IMG/VR virus record: IMGVR_UViG_3300030117_005808
Coordinates: 42,524-106,523 of that record
Origin: a virus
Reading direction: 5' to 3' (one strand)
Length of the DNA: 64,000 nucleotides
The stretch's first letter is position 1; each line of letters starts with the position of its first letter. A program made the translations under genes and the position numbers. Shown here in pieces: positions 20,746 to 28,711 of this stretch. The notes below the pieces were generated by a model. That model did not search any database. It was given only the letters and a program-made list of their open reading frames with translations, and was not told the origin of the DNA.

Positions 20746-21675
20746 ATGGCTTTTTTAGATAATTCGGGTGATATTATACTCGACGCTGTGCTGACCGATA
20801 CTGGTCGAATGAGACTTGCAAGAGGAGACGGCAGTTTTAAAATTGAAAAGTTCGCCCTTGGCGACGATGAAATCAATTACGAACTTTACAATAAGAACCA
20901 TTCAAGTGGTTCTGCTTATTATGATTTAGAGGTTTTGCAGTCTCCTGTCCTTGAGGCTTTTACTGATAATGCAGCCTCCATGAAGTCTAAGCTTATTTCT
21001 ATTCCAAGAAATAACCTGCTATATCTCCCAGTATTGGCACTTAATGAAGTTTTTGATACAACTGCAACAGCTAAACACACCTCTGGATTTTTTCTTGTGG
21101 CGGTTGATTCTGATACACAAACTGAGCTAGAGGTTAATACTTCTGGTGAGTCTGTGGCCGGTATCCTTTTTGGCGAGGATCCGGGCGCAAATGGCAATCG
21201 TATTCGAGTAGACCAAGGTTTGAACACAACAGCGATATCTCCGGGTAAAACTATTGGACCCCTATTACTTGAAACTCAATATTTGATTGAGATAGATAAC
21301 CGTCTTGGGTCTGTTTCTAACCTTAAGGGCGGTGAAGCATCACCATCATTTATTGACGACGATAACCTTGCGTCTTACTATCTTTCTAGGGGAACAGACC
21401 GAGAATTTGTAACAAACAATACAGACACTACCAACTCTGCTAATCAGATTATTAGTGGCCCGCGCGGCACTATTCTTGTTTTTAAACTCGCCGCGTCCCT
21501 AGAATTGAATACGAGTGATTATTTGTTTGATACAATCGGCACTACCGAAACTATTTCTACTTCTAAGACCGCAAGTCAAAACTTTAAGACTATTAAGTCA
21601 AACATTAGAGTCACTGGCGTGAACACCGGATACCGTATCGATATCCCCGTCAAATTCTGCAAGAAGACAACCTAA
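20746..21675 (+). CDS. Putative baseplate/tail-collar structural protein
   Basis: N-terminal LT..GR..LA.G....KFALGDD resembles the start of P2 GpH/DUF3751-type fibre-attachment domains. Confidence 0.55.
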   Translation: MAFLDNSGDIILDAVLTDTGRMRLARGDGSFKIEKFALGDDEINYELYNKNHSSGSAYYDLEVLQSPVLEAFTDNAASMKSKLISIPRNNLLYLPVLALNEVFDTTATAKHTSGFFLVAVDSDTQTELEVNTSGESVAGILFGEDPGANGNRIRVDQGLNTTAISPGKTIGPLLLETQYLIEIDNRLGSVSNLKGGEASPSFIDDDNLASYYLSRGTDREFVTNNTDTTNSANQIISGPRGTILVFKLAASLELNTSDYLFDTIGTTETISTSKTASQNFKTIKSNIRVTGVNTGYRIDIPVKFCKKTT

Positions 21676-21691
21676 AGGATAAGGATTAACA

Positions 21692-22804
21692 ATGGCTACG
21701 ACATTTAAAGATTTTCAAAGTAACGACTTAGCGAACACAAGAACCCTTCTCCATGAGGCGATTCCTATTACAGGGTCCATTGTGTCCGGAACATACGCCG
21801 AGACTAATATTAAAACATATGGACATGGAATGTTTTCGAGCGTATATGATTATCCTTTCCTAAGTTCTTCGGCAAACCATATCTTTGATACAACTCTCGG
21901 CATCTCAGCAACATCAAGCTTGTACGCCTCGGTTACTTCACAGAAAGCTAAAAAACTTAACATCTATAATCAAATGGCTCAAACTCTTGTTGGCTATGAT
22001 GATTCCGGAAACATTAAGAAGTTTGTGATCCCCGAAACAAACGCCACCATGCATGATGTTTATGTGATACCATTCAGTCGGCTTTTATCGAAGGACGAAA
22101 TTAAAAAAGGCTCTTTTAGTCTTGAACTTGCCGTGAGTGGTACTTTTGGCCATGGCGGACCTTTGTTCAACAAGCGCATTCAGTTATCTGATGCATCTGG
22201 ATCAGATGGTTATTACGTTGACTCTCCAGCCGGCGAATATGGAGTTTTGTTTGCGACAACCTCTGCCCCCTCGGGTATTTCACTTATTGATGGTGAAGTT
22301 TCTTCAGCCGGTACTAGGCCAAGCGTTGGGCTTGTATACTATCAGGCGGGCATCGCTATTGTTTCATCTTCGGCATTTAACACTACGAGTAGTGGTGGTA
22401 TTTTGAAAGATATTGATGGTGATGATGAAACTGGTGTTGAACTAGGTAGTGGCTTGGGTCGTGTTGGATTCGCTGCCGCCACAGCATCTACAATCGCAAC
22501 TATGAACACTGGCTTGAGAAATCGTATTTATAATATATCATTCAATAATACAACTGAGCTTAACTCAACGATTTATTTCTGCCGCGCAGGACATACGGAC
22601 TTTAACTACAGTTCAAACCCAACTTATCTCAATGGCAGCGAGATCAGAGTTAAGACACGCCCATCAGACACACCCGTCGCATATTTTACAACAGTCGGAT
22701 TGTATTCCGCAGATAACGAGTTGCTTGCGGTTGCCAAGTTGTCTGAGCCGCTTCGTAAAGACCCCACGAACGAACTAACACTCCGAGTGAGGCTTGACTA
22801 CTAG
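21692..22804 (+). CDS. Putative baseplate/tail-collar structural protein
   Basis: C-terminal TVGLYSADNELLAVAKLSEPLRK resembles the GLYD..G.LIAVA half of P2 GpH-type domains. Confidence 0.55.
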   Translation: MATTFKDFQSNDLANTRTLLHEAIPITGSIVSGTYAETNIKTYGHGMFSSVYDYPFLSSSANHIFDTTLGISATSSLYASVTSQKAKKLNIYNQMAQTLVGYDDSGNIKKFVIPETNATMHDVYVIPFSRLLSKDEIKKGSFSLELAVSGTFGHGGPLFNKRIQLSDASGSDGYYVDSPAGEYGVLFATTSAPSGISLIDGEVSSAGTRPSVGLVYYQAGIAIVSSSAFNTTSSGGILKDIDGDDETGVELGSGLGRVGFAAATASTIATMNTGLRNRIYNISFNNTTELNSTIYFCRAGHTDFNYSSNPTYLNGSEIRVKTRPSDTPVAYFTTVGLYSADNELLAVAKLSEPLRKDPTNELTLRVRLDY

Positions 22805-22815
22805 GAGGTGCGAGC

Positions 22816-24156
22816 ATGCCTCTTTATAAGTTCGGGGCCGGGGATGTATTTTACAATCAGTTAAGAACATACCCCAGTTGTTCTTTTTTGATTATGTCGG
22901 GTAGCGAAACAGGCGCCGGCACAGTTTTTTATCAGGGAAAGTCAACAGAGCCCGGCTCAATCGTTGCAAATGTTAACGGTGTTCCTGTTGGTAATATAAG
23001 CTTATTTGAGCTTAATGTTGATCGTGCCGCAACTTCTACTGGTAGAGTTATCGGTTTGTCATCATCTGTTGGTACACAAAACGTTGTGGATAACGGAACA
23101 ATATATCCGTTTATAGAAAAAGGTTTGTCTAAAGTAGGCTTTAAGGGTCTTACAAGAGAACAGTTTATCAACGACTATGCCCAAGGCGACGTTATAACTG
23201 GTTCTTATTTTATGTCTGCCAGCTTAACAAGAAGAAAATACATTGCCTCCGCAGGTTTTAACGACGCTAATAGAGATGGCGCTGCTCTTAAAAACAGTCT
23301 AGATTTTGCAAAACGCCTCGGAGATCATTATGATTTCCCATCTGGATCATCTGGTACCACTACTACTATTGACATTCCATCTATATATTACGGATCAGGT
23401 ATCAAGCCGGGTACTGTATCTCTCGAAGTGTATGTCACTGGAACTCTTCATACGCGATGTCGGGATTCTAGATACGATGGCGCATTGATACAAGATTTTG
23501 TGGTTGGGTCAGACCACGGCGCCTCCAGCACCCCAACTAATGGCACAGTTGTCGGTTGTATATTATATAAAGAGGGCGTTATAATACTGAACAATACTAC
23601 TAGCTTCCTCGGCCCTAGCACTAGTGTCCCCAACACACCCGGCACCGGTACCGAGAGCCGATATTCAAGCCCAGATAACCAATCTATTTCATCTACTGGT
23701 AACAATTGGAATTGGACAATATTTGGAGTGGGGATTCAGAATGGTCCTAACGTGCCGAAACTCGATACTCTCTCTAATGGATGGCAGGTAGCAAAAAAAG
23801 TTTATTATAAGATTAATTTCGCAGGCACCCACAAAATCCCAACCGTCACAATGCTTGCCAACGCAAACCGAGGCGAGTTAAACTATACGAACAACCCAAC
23901 TTATATTGAGTTTGGCCAAACGGCTTACAACCCAGTAACAAGTTCTACATTCTTTGGTGAGCAACAGTTAAATATCAAGAATATTCACTCTTCTTCCTAT
24001 TCAGATCCTACTGGGAGCTTAAAGAAGACCACATATATTACCAAGATTGGCATTTACGATGATAAGAAAAAGCTTATCGGTGTTGCTTCTGTAGCCAAGC
24101 CAGTCAAGAAAACTGAAGATAGAGACTTGACATTTAAATTAAAGCTTGACATCTAG
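22816..24156 (+). CDS. Paralogue of 21692..22804, putative structural protein
   Basis: Shared LNYTNNPTY / FNYSSNPTY and IGIYDDKKKLIGVASVAKPVKK C-terminal motifs; SD AGGAGG. Confidence 0.55.
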   Translation: MPLYKFGAGDVFYNQLRTYPSCSFLIMSGSETGAGTVFYQGKSTEPGSIVANVNGVPVGNISLFELNVDRAATSTGRVIGLSSSVGTQNVVDNGTIYPFIEKGLSKVGFKGLTREQFINDYAQGDVITGSYFMSASLTRRKYIASAGFNDANRDGAALKNSLDFAKRLGDHYDFPSGSSGTTTTIDIPSIYYGSGIKPGTVSLEVYVTGTLHTRCRDSRYDGALIQDFVVGSDHGASSTPTNGTVVGCILYKEGVIILNNTTSFLGPSTSVPNTPGTGTESRYSSPDNQSISSTGNNWNWTIFGVGIQNGPNVPKLDTLSNGWQVAKKVYYKINFAGTHKIPTVTMLANANRGELNYTNNPTYIEFGQTAYNPVTSSTFFGEQQLNIKNIHSSSYSDPTGSLKKTTYITKIGIYDDKKKLIGVASVAKPVKKTEDRDLTFKLKLDI

Positions 24157-24173
24157 CATAATCGTGTTATAAT
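24146..24173 (+). promoter_or_regulatory. Sigma70-type promoter (TTGACA-16-TGnTATAAT), probably leaderless for ruvC
   Basis: TTGACA 24146-51, TATAAT 24168-73 with extended -10 TG; ATG at 24179. Confidence 0.65.
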
Positions 24174-24178
24174 ATAGT

Positions 24179-24706
24179 ATGATATTAGGTTTAGACGTTT
24201 CCACAAGCATCACCGGATACACAATCGTAGATAACGGTAATATAATCCTTAACGGTGCTTGGGACACAAGAAAATACAAAAACTTTTTTGATAAGGTCGT
24301 TCACGTTAAAGACGGTCTTGATAAGATAAGGAAAGAATATGGAACACGGATTACAGCAGTTTACATCGAACAATCACTCCAATCATTTAGATCAGGGTTT
24401 TCATCTGCCAAAACTCTCTCGACTCTTTCTCGTTTTAATGGCATCGTCTCTTGGTTGGTTTTTGATCAATACGGAATCCAGCCAGAATACATTGCGGCTA
24501 CTTCTGCAAGGAAACTTTGTGGAATCAAAGTAAGCCGGGGACAAAAGGCAAAACAAGTTGTTTTAAATTTTTTACTTGACAACGAGCCTAGTTTCGTGAT
24601 AGAATATACTCGTAACGGTAATCCTAAACCCGAGTCCTATGACAAAGCTGACTCGATAGTGATTGCAAGGGCGGGGGCCATATGCGAGCAGAAAAACTCA
24701 AAATAA
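24179..24706 (+). CDS. ruvC: RuvC-like Holliday junction resolvase
   Basis: MILGLDVSTSITGY, VYIEQ and DKADSIVIA carry the RNase H-fold acidic residues of RuvC. Confidence 0.8.
   Translation: MILGLDVSTSITGYTIVDNGNIILNGAWDTRKYKNFFDKVVHVKDGLDKIRKEYGTRITAVYIEQSLQSFRSGFSSAKTLSTLSRFNGIVSWLVFDQYGIQPEYIAATSARKLCGIKVSRGQKAKQVVLNFLLDNEPSFVIEYTRNGNPKPESYDKADSIVIARAGAICEQKNSK
24576..24605 (+). promoter_or_regulatory. Sigma70-type promoter (TTGACA-18-TGnTAGAAT) upstream of primase
   Basis: Embedded in the ruvC 3' end, about 77 nt before ATG 24682. Confidence 0.45.
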
Positions 24707-25611
24707 TAAAGAATGTTCTTGGACGAGGCTATCAGTCTGGTGAAGAGCATCTATTCAGTTGTCCATTTTGCGGCCATCACAAGAAGAAGATGTCTGTCAA
24801 TGTGGACAAATCTGTATTCAAATGTTGGATTTGTGACAAGTCAGGCCGAGATCTAGGCTACATTGTCCGCAAGTTTGGAACCAGAGAAGATCGTGACGAA
24901 TGGTCCAAGTATGATGACCGTGTTGAAATCACAGATTTTGACTTCTTATTTGCGGAGCCTGAAGCCCCTTCTGAGCAGCGCGTCTCTTTACCCGACCAAC
25001 TAGTCACCTTAACAGGTAAGACGCCTTCTGTGGCCTCACAGATTGCTTTAAACTACTTATCGAAGCGTGGGATCACAAGAGACGACATTCTCAAATGGAA
25101 GATCGGGTATTGCCCTGACGGAGAGTATGCTGGTCGTGTGGTTATCCCATCATTCAACGAGAACGGCTATGCAAACTACTTTATTGCACGCTCATACGGT
25201 GATGCTTGGCCAAGATATAAGAACCCGCCAGCCTCCCGTGACATTATTTTCAATGAACTGTATGTAAACTGGGATGAAGACATAGTTATAGTAGAGGGCG
25301 TCTTTGACGCCATAAAGGCCGGTAATGCAATTCCTCTTCTTGGATCAACGCTTCGTGAATCTTCTGCTCTTTTTCAAACCATTATTAAAAGCGGCTGCTC
25401 TGTGTATCTGGCTTTGGATGAAGACGCATCCAAAAAGACGCGCTCCATCACTCGCTTACTTATGAAATATGGGGTCGAGGTTTACGAGATAGACACATCC
25501 GGTGTTGAAGATGTTGGAGAAATGACAAAAGAAGAGTTTAAGCACAGGAAAAACAACGCGGCGATTATAGAAAAAGACAACTATTTATTGCAAAGGCTTT
25601 TTGCTGTTTAG
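24682..25611 (+). CDS. DNA primase (Zn-finger plus TOPRIM, DnaG-type)
   Basis: CPFC..H...FKCWIC zinc-binding domain; YLSKRGI, RYKNP, IVEGVFDA, LALDED, DVGE TOPRIM motifs. Confidence 0.9.
   Translation: MRAEKLKIIKNVLGRGYQSGEEHLFSCPFCGHHKKKMSVNVDKSVFKCWICDKSGRDLGYIVRKFGTREDRDEWSKYDDRVEITDFDFLFAEPEAPSEQRVSLPDQLVTLTGKTPSVASQIALNYLSKRGITRDDILKWKIGYCPDGEYAGRVVIPSFNENGYANYFIARSYGDAWPRYKNPPASRDIIFNELYVNWDEDIVIVEGVFDAIKAGNAIPLLGSTLRESSALFQTIIKSGCSVYLALDEDASKKTRSITRLLMKYGVEVYEIDTSGVEDVGEMTKEEFKHRKNNAAIIEKDNYLLQRLFAV
25580..25587 (+). promoter_or_regulatory. Putative late promoter motif ACTATTTA driving the leader-tagged array
   Basis: Inside the primase 3' end, 41 nt before ATG 25621. Confidence 0.55.
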
Positions 25612-25620
25612 GGTCACAAA

Positions 25621-25848
25621 ATGAAAACCACCAAATCACAGTTAAAACAAATCATTAAAGAAGAAATGTCAAATGCCCTCAAGGAGCAAGACGGTGAAGA
25701 AATAATGTCTGCCATAGAGGACGTGCCAAAGGCAGCAGAGGACATAGCAGATAAGGTGCGTGATGAGGTTGAAAAAATGGCAGAGCCATCTGGCCTCGAC
25801 CCATCAGTTTTAATGCAGGCTATTGCAGCGTTGTTACAAGCAGATTAA
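25621..25848 (+). CDS. Leader-tagged small protein 1 (MKTTKSQLKQIIKEE), putative internal head protein
   Basis: Shared N-terminal motif; acidic helical cargo. Confidence 0.7.
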   Translation: MKTTKSQLKQIIKEEMSNALKEQDGEEIMSAIEDVPKAAEDIADKVRDEVEKMAEPSGLDPSVLMQAIAALLQAD

Positions 25849-25861
25849 GGGAAAATAAACA

Positions 25862-26359
25862 GTGAAAACCACCAAATCACAACTGAGACAAATCATTAAA
25901 GAAGAAATAAGCAGCATGCTGAACAAACCAAGAACAGCAGACCAGTTTTTAGAAATGATTAAGTCTCAGTTTAGGCGGGCGGCAACAGAAAAAACTCTTG
26001 AAATGATGGCTAAATACTATGATGCAATGGTTAAGACCGCAGCCGAAAGAGCACCGCTTCAACCCAGCGACCCAAAAGAGATCGCAGCAGAGATTGGTAT
26101 TGCACAGGACAGTCCTTACCTACGGTGGGCTACTTTCCACCTAAACAAGCTTCAACAAGTACCCAGAGAGGCTTATGAAATGCTGCCCGCAAGTGACGAA
26201 CTTACCGCTATGCATTACGACCGCCTCGCAGCAAAAGAGAAAAAGCGAGCAGAGCGAGAGGCAGAGTTGCGCCGCCCGCGTACACCCGAAGAGAAAAAAG
26301 CAGCAGCAATCAAATTTGGTCAAGATATGGCCGCAGGCAAATACGGCCCGCTAGATTAA
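25862..26359 (+). CDS. Leader-tagged protein 2 (MKTTKSQLRQIIKEE), GTG start
   Basis: Shared N-terminal motif; unrelated C-terminal cargo. Confidence 0.7.
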   Translation: MKTTKSQLRQIIKEEISSMLNKPRTADQFLEMIKSQFRRAATEKTLEMMAKYYDAMVKTAAERAPLQPSDPKEIAAEIGIAQDSPYLRWATFHLNKLQQVPREAYEMLPASDELTAMHYDRLAAKEKKRAEREAELRRPRTPEEKKAAAIKFGQDMAAGKYGPLD

Positions 26360-26370
26360 GGAACAGTATT

Positions 26371-26952
26371 ATGAAAATCACAAGATCACAACTTAAACAG
26401 ATTATCAGAGAAGAGTTGGAAGAAGGCGGTCTCGCTGGGCACTACGACAAGGATCGCGACATCGCCGTATCTGACGCTCTCGTTAATGCGGTGCTTGACA
26501 TGCAGGAGATGCGTGGCGATGCGTATGCTGTAAAGGTTCTTAGAGAGATGGCTAACGACATTGAAAAAGAAATGGCCGCAAAAGACGGCCCCACTATGCA
26601 AGAGGAAGTGAAAAAACAAAGTATAAAGGCAATAATCAAGCCCATTGGTCGTATGACTCGGTACATCTTGAAAACACTCAATTATGATGAAGATCGCGAT
26701 GTTGACTACGGCATACCGGGGGAAGATCCGGGATTTGTAGATGATAAACAGTGGGTTGAACTTAAAAGTCTTGTTCAAACAACTCTTTCCAAGATTCCAA
26801 AGGCAGGAAGGGCCGATGCTATGTATGATGAAATTATGACCAACATTCAAAAACCTCGCCTTCATCGCACAGAGATTGCCGACTTTGCGTCTGCTTTTGA
26901 TGAGTATTTTATCGGGTTAGAGGCTATGGTAAGGGATGGAGATTTAAGATGA
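26371..26952 (+). CDS. Leader-tagged protein 3 (MKITRSQLKQIIREE)
   Basis: Shared N-terminal motif followed by LEE; SD AAGGA. Confidence 0.7.
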   Translation: MKITRSQLKQIIREELEEGGLAGHYDKDRDIAVSDALVNAVLDMQEMRGDAYAVKVLREMANDIEKEMAAKDGPTMQEEVKKQSIKAIIKPIGRMTRYILKTLNYDEDRDVDYGIPGEDPGFVDDKQWVELKSLVQTTLSKIPKAGRADAMYDEIMTNIQKPRLHRTEIADFASAFDEYFIGLEAMVRDGDLR

Positions 26953-27569
26953 AAATCACCAAAGAACTTTTAGAGCAAATGATTGAGGAAGCAGCATCGG
27001 AGTATGTCTATGGTGTTAAAAACCCCGGTCGTGTTGCTAATCAATACAAGATCAAAACAATCAAAAAAGTTATCTTTGAAGAGTTATCCGCAAACCTTAC
27101 TGAGGACGGACACGAAGATACATCCTCAGCTATAAGAAAGTTAAAGACTTCTATTGAAGACGCAGGAGAGATCCTACAAGGTCTCCAAGCACACCACGGT
27201 GATTTACCATCTTGGTGGATGGGCAAAGTAACTATCGCTGCTGACTATCTTAACAAAGCCAGAGACTATTTCCTTGTTTCCGGTGATGTGATGCAAGAAG
27301 AAGAGTTGGACGAGCGATGCCAGAAAGGTTACAAGACCCATCCAACACGCAAAACAAAAGAGATGTACGGCAAGACTTACCGCAATTGTATTAAAGCAGA
27401 AGGCGAGGAAGTTGAAGAGCGCAAACTAAAACCGGGCGAGAAAAGAAAACTTAAACGACTTGAAAAAGAAGTTCCCAAAAAAGACTTTACTGACCAGTAT
27501 GGAAAGGAAGGCGAATCTATTTATTATGCTACCTTGACTAAAATGGCGAAAAAGGATAAGAAAAAATGA
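26949..27569 (+). CDS. Leader-tagged protein 4 (MKITKELLEQMIEE), modular with Glu-rich linkers
   Basis: Degenerate leader plus an internal second copy (IKTIKKVIFEE); three distinct modules; ATGA overlaps on both sides. Confidence 0.7.
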   Translation: MKITKELLEQMIEEAASEYVYGVKNPGRVANQYKIKTIKKVIFEELSANLTEDGHEDTSSAIRKLKTSIEDAGEILQGLQAHHGDLPSWWMGKVTIAADYLNKARDYFLVSGDVMQEEELDERCQKGYKTHPTRKTKEMYGKTYRNCIKAEGEEVEERKLKPGEKRKLKRLEKEVPKKDFTDQYGKEGESIYYATLTKMAKKDKKK

Positions 27570-28183
27570 AAATCACTAGAGAAAAACTAAAGCAAATCAT
27601 CAAGGAAGAACTTGAGAGTGCCCTTAGTGAACAACCACGCGCCATGATCGGCGCAGGTATACCCGGCATTATGAAACGCCTTAGCCCCGTTCCGGACCAT
27701 CTGGTACAAAGCTATAAAGGAAAAAAGAAAGTCTATAACACGAATAATGGAAATATTGTGGCATTAGATGATAGGGGCATTCCTTTTGTTGCATATGCTG
27801 ATGAGATAGAGAAGAACCCCAATGCGGACTACCAATTCGCGATAGACACGCTTAAAAAAAATGGCTATGTAGAAGCTTCTCTAAGTGTCCCTATGTCTCC
27901 GGCAAATCTTGAAGCACTCACTCTCGGAGCTATCAAAGGGGAAGAGATCGACCGTGGCTATGTACAAAGAGCGCGCCCAAACTTTAAGAATCAGGACAAA
28001 GATATCCCCCGGATTAAACAAGTCATCGGCAAGAGAGAACTATCAGACCCAAGTATGCCTAACTGGGATCCCAGCAAAAATCAAATAGTTTACTTGGGAT
28101 CACGGACACTTCGTTCCGGAGATCAGGAAATCTACTTTAAGACATCAAATACTCACAAGTATTATAAAGCATTGTCCAGATAA
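27566..28183 (+). CDS. Leader-tagged protein 5 (MKITREKLKQIIKEE)
   Basis: Shared N-terminal motif followed by LESALSE. Confidence 0.7.
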   Translation: MKITREKLKQIIKEELESALSEQPRAMIGAGIPGIMKRLSPVPDHLVQSYKGKKKVYNTNNGNIVALDDRGIPFVAYADEIEKNPNADYQFAIDTLKKNGYVEASLSVPMSPANLEALTLGAIKGEEIDRGYVQRARPNFKNQDKDIPRIKQVIGKRELSDPSMPNWDPSKNQIVYLGSRTLRSGDQEIYFKTSNTHKYYKALSR

Positions 28184-28196
28184 AGGGAATAACATT

Positions 28197-28646
28197 ATGA
28201 AAACCACCAAACAACAACTTAGACAAATCATCAAAGAAGAGTTAGAGGTCATCCTCACAAACGAGGAGGCAGGCGAACTCTTTGGCGAGGGTGTTGAAGC
28301 AGAGTTAGAAGAAGAGTTGAACGAAGATCTGACTACTATTATGCAGAATCTTACACCTGAGAATCTTGATTTGATTGTTAGGTCTATCATTCAGGTTGGC
28401 ACAACATTTGGTGTTCCGATGCTCGCCGCCGCCCTTGGTAAGTTGGGCCTTGAAGCAGCACAGGCAGCAAGAACAGCCGGCAAGGCGAAAACGATGATTG
28501 GTGATAAGGATTCCGGCAGGTTAGTTGATTTTCTGTATCATGAAATAACAGGTTATAGAGATTTTAAAGGGCAGGATAAGCAGTCACTTGAAGATGCCGA
28601 AAAAGAGTTCCCAATGGCGCCCGCCCGTCCCCCTATGCCTAAATAA
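28197..28646 (+). CDS. Leader-tagged protein 6 (MKTTKQQLRQIIKEE)
   Basis: Shared N-terminal motif; ELEEELNE linker; short hydrophobic segment. Confidence 0.7.
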   Translation: MKTTKQQLRQIIKEELEVILTNEEAGELFGEGVEAELEEELNEDLTTIMQNLTPENLDLIVRSIIQVGTTFGVPMLAAALGKLGLEAAQAARTAGKAKTMIGDKDSGRLVDFLYHEITGYRDFKGQDKQSLEDAEKEFPMAPARPPMPK

Positions 28647-28656
28647 AAAATAATCC

Positions 28657-28685
28657 TTGACAACAAGTTTGTAACAGGTTATAAT
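28657..28685 (+). promoter_or_regulatory. Consensus sigma70 promoter TTGACA-17-TATAAT
   Basis: TTGACA 28657-62 and TATAAT 28680-85, A-rich UP-like tract upstream, intergenic before 28712. Confidence 0.8.
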
Positions 28686-28711
28686 ATATTATATTCAAGT
28701 AAGGGGTTACT

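Noticed and set aside
25621-28646. Possible CRISPR array or DGR repeats
   Set aside because: Repeats are degenerate, protein-coding and spaced by whole genes; no cas or reverse transcriptase gene and no adenine-specific variation seen
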